The notes: generated from the letters alone by a model not told the origin. DNA of 64,000 nt from Sedimentisphaerales bacterium (GCA_963708075.1 OY970194.1:2656001-2720000); one strand, 5' to 3'. Counted from the first letter of the stretch, positions 30,604 through 41,576 are shown. Translations and numbers: made by a program.

Positions 30604-30891
30604 TCGCTTTGCGTCTCCATTGGCTCATCCCCACTCAGCTCGTTTTGGCGCGGGTCCTCCCTCTGATTGTGAGCAAACGGCGAACGGCAAAATAGGGAGG
30701 TTGCCAATTCCGCGCACCAGCCAAAACACTATCATTCGACATGCGTGCCATCGGAACGTGACTGAACAGGAACCTTGATATGGCTGCAGCCACCTGTGTG
30801 GACGAGAGGATGAACGCAGACAGGATCGACCGGCGATCTGTTCGCGGCACAGTCGAACGCCGGCGCTGCGGTCCGAGAAGGAGCGATCTCG

Positions 30892-31572
30892 ATGTTTCCG
30901 GCGGAGAAACGATTTGCAGACCGTCGTGAGGCGGCGTTGCTGCTCAGTGAACATCTCGCAGAGTACGGGGCGCGCCACCCTGTCATTCTCGGCATTCCTC
31001 GCGGCGGCATGGTCATCGCCGACACAATCGCAGATGAGTTGCAGACGGATTTGGATGTCGTCTTGACGCGCAAGCTCGGCGCTCCCGGAAACCCGGAATT
31101 GGCTATTGGAGCGGTTTCTGAGCATGGTGAAGTCCTGATCGACCCGAGGATCGCCAGGGCCGTGGGCGCCGACGACGATTACATCGAGCGGGAGAAAGCG
31201 AGGCAGCTTGCGGAGATCGAGAAGCGCCGGGAGCGATACCGAAGCGTGCTGCCAAAGGTCCCTCTGCAGGGGCGAACAGCCATCATTGTCGATGATGGCA
31301 TCGCCACCGGCGCTACCATGCGGGCATCCGCCCGGGCCGCACGTGCGGAAGGCGCGGCTGAGGTGGCCGTCGCCGCGCCGGTGGGAGCTCCGGACTCCGT
31401 AGAGATGCTTCGCGAGGAGGCCGACCAGGTCGTCTGCCTGCTGGTGCCCGAGTACCTGTACGCCATCGGACAGTTCTACCTTGACTTCCAACAGGTGAAT
31501 GACGAAGAGGTGATCAGCATCCTCAAAGCACATAGTGAGAAACAAACCAGGACTATGGAGTCTCAGGTGTGA
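30892..31572 (+). CDS. Phosphoribosyltransferase (Rv0571c/Rv2030c-like)
   Basis: FADRREA, GIPRGG, RKLGAPGNPELAIGAV, IIVDDGIATGAT. Confidence 0.88.
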   Translation: MFPAEKRFADRREAALLLSEHLAEYGARHPVILGIPRGGMVIADTIADELQTDLDVVLTRKLGAPGNPELAIGAVSEHGEVLIDPRIARAVGADDDYIEREKARQLAEIEKRRERYRSVLPKVPLQGRTAIIVDDGIATGATMRASARAARAEGAAEVAVAAPVGAPDSVEMLREEADQVVCLLVPEYLYAIGQFYLDFQQVNDEEVISILKAHSEKQTRTMESQV

Positions 31573-31624
31573 GGCGTCCAGTGAGCGGACTGCTCCTTTC
31601 GGACCGACAACCAGGATCGACGAC

Positions 31625-32347
31625 ATGAGCATGCGACTGTCACCGAATCACGAAGTAATGATAGAAAGCCCGGAAGTAGCGCTTCGAGCGGTACTGGCCA
31701 TTCCGAAGAACGCCCGCTCGATTGTGCTGTTCGCACACGGCGCCGGCAGCGGTCGCCACAGTCTCCGCAACCAGTATATCGCCCAGAAGCTCCAGGACGC
31801 GGGATTCGCGACTCTGCTCATGGATTTGCTCACGGAGGACGAGGAGAGGATCGATGCCTACACAGCGCGTCTTCGCTTCGATATTCCCCTGCTGGCCGGA
31901 CGCCTCGAATCCACGACCGGATGGCTGCTATCCCAGGAGCAAATGAAGGACCTCGATATCGGGTACTTTGGCGTCGATACCGGGGCGGCGGCGGCGCTCG
32001 TGGCGGCGATCCAGAGACCGGAAGCTATCCGTGCCATCGTCAGCCGGGGCGGGAGACCCGATCTCGCGTTCAATGTCCTGCCGGAGGTCAAGCCTCCTGT
32101 CCAGTTCCTCGTCGGCGCTAAGGACCAAATTGTCCTGGAGATCAACAAGGAAGCCGCCAAGAGACTGACGACGGAACACAACCTCGTCATTGTTCCCGGG
32201 GCCTCCCACTTCTTCGAAGAGCCCGGCAAACTCGATATGGTGGCCCGACGTACCGAACGATGGTTCGCCCGATATATGAGAACACCCGACCATCCCCTGG
32301 AAGCCAGCGACAAACACAATCACGTCGAATCCTGCTCGTTCCTCTGA
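31625..32347 (+). CDS. Dienelactone-hydrolase-like alpha/beta hydrolase
   Basis: VLFAHGAGSGRHS.RN, SRGGRPDLA, VPGASHFFEEPG. Confidence 0.85.
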   Translation: MSMRLSPNHEVMIESPEVALRAVLAIPKNARSIVLFAHGAGSGRHSLRNQYIAQKLQDAGFATLLMDLLTEDEERIDAYTARLRFDIPLLAGRLESTTGWLLSQEQMKDLDIGYFGVDTGAAAALVAAIQRPEAIRAIVSRGGRPDLAFNVLPEVKPPVQFLVGAKDQIVLEINKEAAKRLTTEHNLVIVPGASHFFEEPGKLDMVARRTERWFARYMRTPDHPLEASDKHNHVESCSFL

Positions 32348-32574
32348 GCATGACCGGATGGCGCAGGGTCGCCTTCGCCTGCCTGCGACACTCATTGCAG
32401 GAAGCGTGTTTTCCCATGAGCAAGTCCCACTTGGGGTTACAATCCGCCCGATGGGTCCAGGGGTCTTGTGCTGGAGCGGTGCTTTGGTTATGCTGACTCC
32501 AGAGTCACAGGAAGAATCTGACTGGCAAAGCAATCCCTCGCCCGGGCGAGGGCGCGTCTGGAGAGGTGTAACTT

Positions 32575-33624
32575 ATGAGTCCGGCTTTCATCACGTTCGC
32601 GGCGATGCTGAGTTTCGCCGCCACCCAGGATCCCGCTGCGTCCAATCCCGAGGGATCGACCACGGCGCCGGTGTCGACGCCGATGCCGCGCGAGGCTCTG
32701 AACCTGAAGGAGATCCCGTTCAAGATCGTCTATGAGACGTACCGCAAGACCGACGGGAAGGAGAACTGGGAGCTCTGCATGATGAACGCGGACGGCTCCG
32801 AGGCCCAAAACATCACGAACACGCCGGGGATCGACGAGATGTACCCGCACGTCTCGCCCGACGGCACGAAGATCTGCTTTTCCGCCGACGAGATGGACGA
32901 GAAGGACAAGGTCCGCAACGTCTACTACATGAATCTCGATGGCAGTGACCGCGTCCGCGTGGCGACGAACGGGCGGGAGCCCTGCTGGTGCATCGACAGC
33001 AAGAGCATCGCGTACCTCAAGGGCGAGTACACCCGCTATACGACCCGCGAGTATGCCACGGCGGAACTGATGTATTACCACCTCGAAGGGGACTGGCACA
33101 CCCCTCATCGCAACAAGGAATTGCAGCATCTGTACGCGATCTGCTGGTCGCCGGACAGTAAATGGTTCCTGGCCGCCATCCACGGCGGGATGGGCTACAG
33201 TGACACAATCATCGCCTTCGACGCCTATGGCACAAGGACCTTCGATCTGGCAAAATGGGGAGTCAAGGGGTGCAGGCCGGACCTCAACTCCGACGGCACC
33301 CGGATGGTCTGGGGCGAGACGGACTGGAATCTGCGCACCGGGGACATCGACCTGCGATCCGCCGAGCCCAAGGTCACCAACATCCGGGATATCCTCCGGG
33401 TCGCCCGGAGCTCCAAAGTCTATCACGTCGATATCTCCCCGGACAGCAGGTATATCACGTTCAGCTATGGCCCCTTCAGCGGCGGCCAGCAGGTCGGGGG
33501 GATGGCCGAGGGCTGGAATATCTGCGTGGGTGACCTGAACGGCAATTGGGTGCAGATCACCACGGACGGTAATCACAACAAGGAGCCCGACTGGGTCCCG
33601 CCAAGAGCGAGTGCGGTGCGCTGA
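32575..33624 (+). CDS. Exported TolB-like (PD40) beta-propeller protein, paralog 1
   Basis: Signal peptide; SPDG repeats; ends HNKEPDWVP. Confidence 0.75.
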   Translation: MSPAFITFAAMLSFAATQDPAASNPEGSTTAPVSTPMPREALNLKEIPFKIVYETYRKTDGKENWELCMMNADGSEAQNITNTPGIDEMYPHVSPDGTKICFSADEMDEKDKVRNVYYMNLDGSDRVRVATNGREPCWCIDSKSIAYLKGEYTRYTTREYATAELMYYHLEGDWHTPHRNKELQHLYAICWSPDSKWFLAAIHGGMGYSDTIIAFDAYGTRTFDLAKWGVKGCRPDLNSDGTRMVWGETDWNLRTGDIDLRSAEPKVTNIRDILRVARSSKVYHVDISPDSRYITFSYGPFSGGQQVGGMAEGWNICVGDLNGNWVQITTDGNHNKEPDWVPPRASAVR

Positions 33625-33786
33625 GCAGAGGCCGGCACATTGTGCAGAGTCCATGCGATGATCCGCGTGCTCCAGTTGCGATGTTTCGGCCTTGACGCTG
33701 CAACCGGGCGCGGGGACAATGCAGGACAGATAAGAAGTCGTCTCGGTGTATGAGCCTGCGTCAGTGGGTAGATAAGGAGATGGAGC

Positions 33787-34824
33787 ATGGCGAAGCGATT
33801 CCGCATTATGCGACAGCAATTACGTGTCGTTCTCTCTCTATCATTCCTCTTATGGGCCGCGGGAAGCAATGCCTTTGGGCAGGAAAGCCTCAAGCCAGGG
33901 ACGGATATAGACACGAAGAGCATTCCATTCAAAATCGTCTATGAGTCTCTCCGGGAGGCCAACGGCACGAAGAACTGGGAGCTCATCATGATCGATGCCG
34001 ATGGCTCCAACCCGGTCAATCTCACGAAGACCCCCAACGTCAGTGAGATTTACCCGCATGCCTCGCCCGATGGGACCAAGGTCTGTTTCGAGGGCGAGGA
34101 AGGCACGGGCAGGGAAAAAGTCCGAAGCGTCTATTGCATGAACATGGACGGGACCGACCGCGTAAAGGTCGCTCACAACGCCCGCCAGGCATGCTGGAGC
34201 CCGGACGGCCGGACCATCGCGTTCCTCAAGGCGGAATTCGATCGCTACACGATCCAGGACTACGCCACGAAGGGCGTCTACTTCTACGACCTCAAGAACG
34301 GTAAGACCACGGAGCACCCCAATTGTGCGAAGCTCTATCACCTGTACAACCTTTGCTGGTCGCCGGACGGCAAGTGGTTCGCCGCGACCGTGCACGGCGG
34401 CATGGGCTTCGATCATGCGGATCTCGCCTTCCCGGCCGACGGGAATGATATCTTCGATCTCACGCCGTTCCACGTCACCGGGTGTCGCCCGGATTTCAGC
34501 TTCGACGGCAAGATGATCTCGTGGGGAGCGACGGACTGGGACCTGTGCGTCGCCTCAATCGATTGCAGTTCCGGCAAGCCGCAGGTGACCAACGTGCGGA
34601 CCATCGTCAAGTGTGACAAAGAACACGAAGTGTACCATAGCGATGTCTCGCCGGACGACCGCTACATCGCGTTCAGTTATGGGCCCGAAGCCAATGAGAT
34701 GGGCGCCGGCGAGGCGCCGGGCTGGAATATCTGCATCGGCGACCTGACGGGTAAATGGGTGCAGGTCACCACCGACGGACATCACAACAAGGAGCCCGAC
34801 TGGGTACCGATTGCCAAGCAATGA
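33787..34824 (+). CDS. Exported TolB-like beta-propeller protein, paralog 2
   Basis: IPFKIVYE, WSPDG repeats and HNKEPDWVP shared with paralog 1. Confidence 0.75.
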   Translation: MAKRFRIMRQQLRVVLSLSFLLWAAGSNAFGQESLKPGTDIDTKSIPFKIVYESLREANGTKNWELIMIDADGSNPVNLTKTPNVSEIYPHASPDGTKVCFEGEEGTGREKVRSVYCMNMDGTDRVKVAHNARQACWSPDGRTIAFLKAEFDRYTIQDYATKGVYFYDLKNGKTTEHPNCAKLYHLYNLCWSPDGKWFAATVHGGMGFDHADLAFPADGNDIFDLTPFHVTGCRPDFSFDGKMISWGATDWDLCVASIDCSSGKPQVTNVRTIVKCDKEHEVYHSDVSPDDRYIAFSYGPEANEMGAGEAPGWNICIGDLTGKWVQVTTDGHHNKEPDWVPIAKQ

Positions 34825-34853
34825 CGCCGAGCCGATTGGAGAACTGACAGCCG

Positions 34854-36686
34854 ATGAACATGAATACTCTCTTCTTGAGGACCGTGGGTTTCTGTCTGCT
34901 CGTGGCGATGGTCTTGCCGGGCTGCCGGCGGGACGAGCAGACAGTGCCGATGCCTGAAGTCGTGGTGACGAAGAGCGGCATCGAGATGGTTGTCATTCCC
35001 GGCGGGTCATTCGAGATGGGCAGCAAGAGCACATCGCCTGACGAAATGCCAGTGCACAAGGTGTCGATCAGTCCCTTCTGGATGGATCGTTACGAGGTGG
35101 TTCAGGAGGAATTCCGGAAGTACCAGCTTCCCGACCCGTCGCATTTCAAGGGGGCGAAGCAGCCGCTGGAGCAAATCAACTGGACCGACGCGGCCCTCTA
35201 CTGTAACGATCGCTCGCGCGCCGAGGGTCTTGAGCCATGCTACGACGAGAAGACGTGGGAGTGCAACTTCGCCGCGAGCGGGTACCGATTGCCCACGGAG
35301 GCCGAATGGGAATACGCCTGCCGGGCGGGCAACAGCACACAGTACAGCTTTGGCAACGGCCCAGGGGCATTGAAGGACTATGCCTGGTACACGCAGAATT
35401 CCACCGGGACCACGCATCCGGTCGGGCAGAAGAAGCCGAATGCCTGGGGTTTGTACGACATGCACGGGAACGTCGCCGAGTGGTGCAATGACCGCTACTC
35501 AGAGACCTATTATCAGCAGAGCCCCGGCAGCGATCCCCGAGGCCCCACCGAAGGAAAGGAACGGGCCCTCCGTGGCGGAGCGTGGAATTCCAGCGCCGAG
35601 AGCTGCAGATCCGCGTATCGCGCCAGCGATCCTTCAATCGACGACACGTGTCTGGCCAATGACGCCATCGGGTTTCGTTGCGTGAGGAATGCACCCGCCG
35701 GGCAGCGCGAGGCAGATGGAGGTGGAGCCATGGAATCTCAGCCGAAATCACAGACGGGATTTGTGTACCACGACATCTACATGCAGCACAAGACCACGCC
35801 GGGCCATCCGGAGACGCCGCGACGACTTACGGCGATCGTGGAGAAGCTCAAGGTTAGCGGGCTGCATGCCCAGTTGAAGCACCTCACCCCGGAGGCGGCG
35901 CCGTTGAACTGGATTCAAACCATTCACGCGCCCGCCTACGTGGAGCGAGCCAGGAGCAGTTGTGCAGAGGGTGATGAGTACCTGGATTCGCCCGATGTCC
36001 CGATCTCCACGAAATCCTATGACGTGGCGGTGATGGCTGTTGGCGGCGTGCTTTGTGCCGTGGACGCGGTCATGCGAGGCGAGGTCCGCAATGCCTTTTG
36101 CGCGGTTCGCCCGCCGGGCCATCATGCGATGCGCGACATGGCGATGGGCTTTTGCATCTTCAACAATGTGGCTATCGGCACGAGATACGTCCAGCAGAAG
36201 TACGGCCTGTCCAAGGTGCTCATCGTGGACTGGGACGTCCATCACGGCAACGGCACGCAAGCCGCCTTCTATGAAGACCCGAGCGTGCTGTACTTCAGCG
36301 TGCACCAGTACCCCTTCTATCCCGGCACGGGCAACGAAGCCGAGAAGGGCCGGGGCAAGGGCCTGAACCACACAATCAACGTGCCGCTTTCCGCAGGGTC
36401 GGGCGACAGGGAGTTCATCGATGCGTTCGAGCAGCGGCTGCGTCCGGCGGCTATCTCCTTTTCCCCTGATTTCGTCTTTATCTCCGCGGGCTTCGATGCC
36501 CACGAGAACGATACGCTTGGCGGCATGAGGGTCACCACGGAGGGGTACGGCAAACTCAGCGGAATCGTCAAGGGGATCGCCGAGCAGTGCTGCAGGGGCC
36601 GCCTGGTTTCCGTGCTGGAAGGAGGCTATGGTCTGGATGGACTGGCCGCGTCAGTGGAGGCGCACGTCCGCGTTCTGATGGACTGA
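34854..36686 (+). CDS. Lipoprotein: FGE-sulfatase (SUMF1) domain fused to a histone-deacetylase-family domain
   Basis: Lipobox LPGC; RLPTEAEWEYACRAG, GLYDMHGNVAEW, GFRCV; then HPE, RPPGHHA, GFCIFNN, DWDVHHGNGT, SAGFDAH, LEGGY. Confidence 0.88.
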   Translation: MNMNTLFLRTVGFCLLVAMVLPGCRRDEQTVPMPEVVVTKSGIEMVVIPGGSFEMGSKSTSPDEMPVHKVSISPFWMDRYEVVQEEFRKYQLPDPSHFKGAKQPLEQINWTDAALYCNDRSRAEGLEPCYDEKTWECNFAASGYRLPTEAEWEYACRAGNSTQYSFGNGPGALKDYAWYTQNSTGTTHPVGQKKPNAWGLYDMHGNVAEWCNDRYSETYYQQSPGSDPRGPTEGKERALRGGAWNSSAESCRSAYRASDPSIDDTCLANDAIGFRCVRNAPAGQREADGGGAMESQPKSQTGFVYHDIYMQHKTTPGHPETPRRLTAIVEKLKVSGLHAQLKHLTPEAAPLNWIQTIHAPAYVERARSSCAEGDEYLDSPDVPISTKSYDVAVMAVGGVLCAVDAVMRGEVRNAFCAVRPPGHHAMRDMAMGFCIFNNVAIGTRYVQQKYGLSKVLIVDWDVHHGNGTQAAFYEDPSVLYFSVHQYPFYPGTGNEAEKGRGKGLNHTINVPLSAGSGDREFIDAFEQRLRPAAISFSPDFVFISAGFDAHENDTLGGMRVTTEGYGKLSGIVKGIAEQCCRGRLVSVLEGGYGLDGLAASVEAHVRVLMD

Positions 36687-36695
36687 AACAGCCGA

Positions 36696-38072
36696 ATGTT
36701 ATTCCAGACTCTGCCATTCCTCGTATTCTTCGCCGTCGTCTATCCGATCTACCTGCTCGTCAAAGGGACACGCCTGCGACTCCCGTGGATGCTGGTGATT
36801 TCCTATGCCTTCTATGCATGGCTCGGCTGGGCCTATCTGATTCCGCTGGCCTACGTGACCATCGTGGACCACCTCGTGACCGGCCGAATGGTCAAGAGCC
36901 GCCGGCCGCGAGCATGGCTGGCCCTGAGTATCGCCAATGACCTGGGCGTGCTCGTCTTCTTTAAGTACGCCGGCTTCATCACGGACAATATCAACTTCCT
37001 GCTGCAATCGCTGAGAATCTCCTACGTCATTCCACCGGTGGATTTCCTATTGCCCGCAGGCCTGTCCTTCTATCTCCTGCAATCCATCGGCTACACAATC
37101 GATGTCTATCGCGGCCACACGCAGCGAGAGAACAACTTCCTGGCATATGCGACGTTCGTATCGTTCTTCCCGCGCCTGCTGGCGGGGCCGATTGAGCGCG
37201 CGAATCACCTTCTGCCGCAGTTGCATGGCAATTCTCACGTGACGTTGCGAGACTTCACGGATGGCTTATCGATTTTCGTCGTGGGGTACTTCAAAAAGGT
37301 CGCGCTGGCCGATTATCTGTCGCTATATGTCGCCACAGTGTACGGTGCGCCGGGACAATTCCAGGCCCCCGCCCTGCTTTTGGCGACGTTCCTGTTCGCC
37401 TGGCAGATTTACTTCGACTTCAGCGGTTACACGGACATGGCGCGGGGTATAGCGAGGATGATGGGCATCCGGCTGATGCGAAACTTCGACCACCCGTACC
37501 TGGCGATGAGTATGGGTGACTTCTGGAAGCGCTGGCACATCAGCTTGTCCTCCTGGTTTCGCGACTACGTCTATATCCCTCTCGGCGGCAATCGCAAGGG
37601 CAAATTCGCCACGTATAGAAACGTCTTCATCGCCATGGTGCTCTCGGGACTGTGGCACGGAGCGGCATGGACCTTTGTCCTGTGGGGTGTCATTCACGCT
37701 CTTGGCAACTTCGCGACGCGGGAGTTGGAACGAACGGATTTCTACGTGCACAAGTTGCCGAGAATCGTCAAGCAACTGTTCGTGTTCGCGCTAGTGACAT
37801 TCGCGTGGATTTTCTTCCGGGCCCACAGCATCGGCGACGCATGGACGATCATCGGGAGGGTATTCGCCTCCGGTTCCGCAAATCCCGCTGTCCCTCTCTG
37901 GTCGCTGGCGTTGATCGCCGCGGTATGGTGCTATCAATGGCTCATCGAATCCCGCCTTCGCTGGCTCCTCGAACTCGCGGTCGTGCGCGTGTTGCTGGTG
38001 CTTTCTATGCTGGCCTATATGATCCTGACCGTGCCCGCGGAAGGACAGCCGTTTATCTACATGCAGTTCTGA
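36696..38072 (+). CDS. MBOAT O-acyltransferase (AlgI/DltB-like)
   Basis: LPAGLSFY, FFPRLLAGPIER, QIYFDFSGYTDMA, FWKRWHISLSSWFRDYVYIPLGG, SGLWHGA. Confidence 0.93.
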   Translation: MLFQTLPFLVFFAVVYPIYLLVKGTRLRLPWMLVISYAFYAWLGWAYLIPLAYVTIVDHLVTGRMVKSRRPRAWLALSIANDLGVLVFFKYAGFITDNINFLLQSLRISYVIPPVDFLLPAGLSFYLLQSIGYTIDVYRGHTQRENNFLAYATFVSFFPRLLAGPIERANHLLPQLHGNSHVTLRDFTDGLSIFVVGYFKKVALADYLSLYVATVYGAPGQFQAPALLLATFLFAWQIYFDFSGYTDMARGIARMMGIRLMRNFDHPYLAMSMGDFWKRWHISLSSWFRDYVYIPLGGNRKGKFATYRNVFIAMVLSGLWHGAAWTFVLWGVIHALGNFATRELERTDFYVHKLPRIVKQLFVFALVTFAWIFFRAHSIGDAWTIIGRVFASGSANPAVPLWSLALIAAVWCYQWLIESRLRWLLELAVVRVLLVLSMLAYMILTVPAEGQPFIYMQF

Positions 38073-38083
38073 GCGTGATACGA

Positions 38084-39202
38084 ATGAAAGAGAAGACAAA
38101 CCAATTGAGCCCACCAGACATGGACGAGATAGCAGCGTTCGACTGCTCACATTACGTGCGCCTGTCCGGGCGCCAGTGGCTCATTGTGACGGTCGCTCTG
38201 CTAGCGTTGATCGGGTTGGGGCCGCGCATATGGGAACGCATCGAGGGATTCAATCCCGGCGGCGACTATCGTGTCCCTTATGAACTGAGCAATGATTACT
38301 GGCTGTACAATCGTCACTGCAACCATATGTGTGAGCAGGGCAAGATTCTGGTCATCGGGGACTCAGTCGTCTGGGGGCATTACGTCGAGCCCGATCGGAC
38401 GCTTTCGCACTACCTGAACGAGCTCTCAGGGGGCGACAAGTTCGCTAATCTCGGAGCGGATGGCACGCATCCGGCGGCCTTGCAGGGACTGCTCAGGTAT
38501 TACGGCGCCGACATCCACGGGCGGACCGTCCTTCTGCACCTGAATCCGCTGTGGATGAGCTCCGCCAAGCACGATCTGCAAACGACAAAGGAGTTCCGCT
38601 TCAACCATGCGGAGCTGGTTCCGCAGTTCACTCCGAGGATCCCGTGCTACAAGGCTCCGCTATCCGCGAGGATTCGCATTGCCATGCGGCGGGAAATCCC
38701 ATTCGCCAACTGGGTCTCGCACATGCGAGCCGCCTATTTTCAGAACTTGGACCTGGCGGCGTGGACACTCGAGCATCCGTATGATTGTCCCATAGCCGCG
38801 ATGGGGCGGAAGCTTCCCGAGCCGCGAGCCCCGGAGAAGCCGCCGCAGGCATCGAAGGAACCGAGGACGCAGGATATGGCCTGGGTGGACCTTGAAGGCT
38901 CGCTGCAATGGCGATTCTTCAGGCAGGCGGTGCAATTGCTGCAGGAGCGAGGCAACAAGGTGTTTGTGCTTGTGGGGCCATTCAACGAGCATATGCTTAC
39001 GGACCAGAACAAGATCATTTACGGCAGGCTCAAAGACGGCATCGAGGCCTGGATGCAGGGGAACCATGTCCCTTATCTCATCCCCTCCGCCCTGCCGCCC
39101 GAGTTTTATATTGACGCCAGCCATCCTCCCGCCGAGGGATATGCGCTTCTGGCCAAAACATTGATGGAAAGTCCCTCATTCAAAGCCCTGATGCTGAAGT
39201 AG
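38084..39202 (+). CDS. Membrane-anchored SGNH-like acyl-transfer partner (AlgJ/DltD-like)
   Basis: One TM segment; VIGDSVVWG and C-terminal DASH (DxxH); directly follows the MBOAT gene. Confidence 0.65.
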   Translation: MKEKTNQLSPPDMDEIAAFDCSHYVRLSGRQWLIVTVALLALIGLGPRIWERIEGFNPGGDYRVPYELSNDYWLYNRHCNHMCEQGKILVIGDSVVWGHYVEPDRTLSHYLNELSGGDKFANLGADGTHPAALQGLLRYYGADIHGRTVLLHLNPLWMSSAKHDLQTTKEFRFNHAELVPQFTPRIPCYKAPLSARIRIAMRREIPFANWVSHMRAAYFQNLDLAAWTLEHPYDCPIAAMGRKLPEPRAPEKPPQASKEPRTQDMAWVDLEGSLQWRFFRQAVQLLQERGNKVFVLVGPFNEHMLTDQNKIIYGRLKDGIEAWMQGNHVPYLIPSALPPEFYIDASHPPAEGYALLAKTLMESPSFKALMLK

Positions 39203-39211
39203 ATACGAGGC

Positions 39212-41252
39212 ATGACTCCCATGACGACACAACTGTCGAATCTCTGGCCCACTATTTTCGCAGTTTGTCTGGCAATCCAGCCCGTCTTAGCCACGAGCGA
39301 CGCGAGGCATCCGGTCCCCCGGGAGCATCCCCGACTGCTCGGCTCGCGCGATCACCTGCAGCAGTTGGCAAAGGACCGGGCCGAGGCGTACCGTCGCACG
39401 GCGGCAATCGCACGTGGACAAGGAGGCGACGATTATTCGAAGATGATCTCGATGTCTCTGGTCTGTGCCATCGAGCAGGACGCGGCACTCGGGAAAAGCG
39501 CGGTGGACATGGCGATGAAGTATGTCCGCGGTCCCATCAAGGTCGGGCACGTCCCATTCGCCCAGGACCTTGCAATCTGCGGGATCGTGTACGACCTGTG
39601 TCACGAGTACTGGACCCCGGAGCAGCGAGCGGAATTTCACCAGTATCTCAACAAGACGGTCGATGAAAACCGCCAGTCGGAGACGCACGTCTTCCACAAC
39701 GGCTGGTACGGCTATAAGCACTGGGGCATCGGGGTGGCGTGCTATGCGAGCTACTATGAGAACGAACGCTCCCCCGCCATTCTCAAGGACCTGGAGGAGG
39801 ACTGGCATGCACGGGCGGCCCCCGCCCTGAACCTCGCCGGCGCCGGCGGTGGCTGGGCGGAGGGCTACTACATCAACTACTGGCTCTATGAATGGCTGTT
39901 TTTCTGCGAGGTGGCCCGCACCTGCGAGGGCGTGGACTACTACGCGGATGCGATGCCCTTCTTTGCGAATCGCGCCGTCGCGTCGATGTTTGAAGCTTAC
40001 CCGGGGATCAGCACGTACAACTCTCGCAGGCCCATTCCCATGGGCGATGGCGGCGGGCGGGTCTTCGGCGGAGACCGGGACAAGGTCCTGTCCGCCCGGC
40101 GGATTCTGGTGAACTACTTCCGCGACGATCCCAACCACCAGGCCGTCCACACCTTCAACGAGACAACGTCCCGGTCGAGCGTGGGGACGTATGCCTACAA
40201 GGATTTCCTGTGGCACGATCCCACGGTGCCGAAAGGCGATCTCAAGAACTTCAGGCTGTCGCACATCAGTGGGGGGCCCGGGTACGTGTACGCCCGCAGC
40301 TCATGGGAGGAGGACGCCACGCATTTCTTCTTCAAGTGCGGCGACCGCTTCACGGCCCACCAGCATCTCGACAACGGCCATTTCCTCATCTACAAGCACG
40401 AAGAACTGGCCGGCGATGGCGGCCACTACGATTCCTTCGGCTCCATCCACGATGTGAATTATCACCTCCGCAGCATCGCCCACAGCACCATCCTTGTGTA
40501 CGATCCATGCGAGACCTGGCCACAGATACGCGCCGGACAGGTCTCCTGCAATGACGGGGGCCAATCACATTCCTGGCCGCATCACAATGGCGCGGTCCAG
40601 GACCCGGCGGAATGGGAAAAGGGACGGAAGCTCTATGATATTGCGGACATCGTAGCCTTCGAGGATCAAGGGGCCTACTTGTATGTGGCAGGCGACTGCA
40701 CGCGCGCGTATCGGCCTGATAAGCTCGCGTGCTTTACGCGCCAGATCGTATTCATCCGACCCGGCACGTTCGTTGTCTTTGATCGTGTAGTCTCAAAAGA
40801 CCGCGGATTCAAGAAGACATGGGTGCTGCAGGCTATGAAGCCTCCGATGCAGCAGGGTGAACACTGGGTAGTCACCAATGGAGAGGGGCGATTGTTCATC
40901 CAGACCCTGTTGCCCGCGAATCCGCAGGTCAGGCTTGTCAGTGGCTCGGAATTGTACAGTTGCGGCGGCAGAGCCTATCCGCCGGAACGAGACACGGGAC
41001 CAGCCCCCGAATGCCGCATCGAGGTTTCCGCCTTCCGATGCGGCAACCGCCGACTACTTCTTGCACGTCCTGACGGCCGCAGACTCCGCTACGGCCCCAG
41101 TGACAGCGGCAATCGTGGAGATAGACGGCAACCACGTCACCATCGGTTCAGGTCCGACGAGAGTCACCTTCCAAACGGACGAACTCGCAGGTGAAATTCT
41201 GATCAACGGATCACGCCGCGCACTTACCGACAAAGTAAGCAGCGCACCCTGA
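39212..41252 (+). CDS. Exported heparinase II/III-like polysaccharide lyase; +1 frameshift near 41028 in the C-terminus
   Basis: HPRLL, GGWAEG..Y, ARSSW, HQHLDNGHFLIY, AHSTILV; the tail DYFLHVL is in the ORF 40878-41252 frame. Confidence 0.65.
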
Positions 41253-41372
41253 GATGCTAAGGAAATGACGGCGGGCTCCCGAGCAGGCTGCTCTCCTGTC
41301 AGGGCTGATCTCTCATGAATGTCGAACGAATGCTACCGACTCGCGGATTCCCCTCGCACCGACGGCCCCTGC

Positions 41373-41576
41373 TTACTCGGGGACGACGTTGGTCGCGCAC
41401 GGTCCCTTACGACCCTGGCCGATCTCGAACTCCACTTTCTGCCCTTCGCGCAGCGTTGTTCGGCCTTCGGCCTTGATCTCGGAGTGGTGCACGAACAGGT
41501 CCTCTCCCCCGTCATCCGGAGTAATGAACCCGTAGCCCTTCTGATCGTTGAACCATTTGACTGTACCGGTACTCAC
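41373..41576 (-). CDS. Cold-shock protein
   Basis: [22 protein letters not shown]. Confidence 0.93.
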   Translation of the reverse strand: MSTGTVKWFNDQKGYGFITPDDGGEDLFVHHSEIKAEGRTTLREGQKVEFEIGQGRKGPCATNVVPE

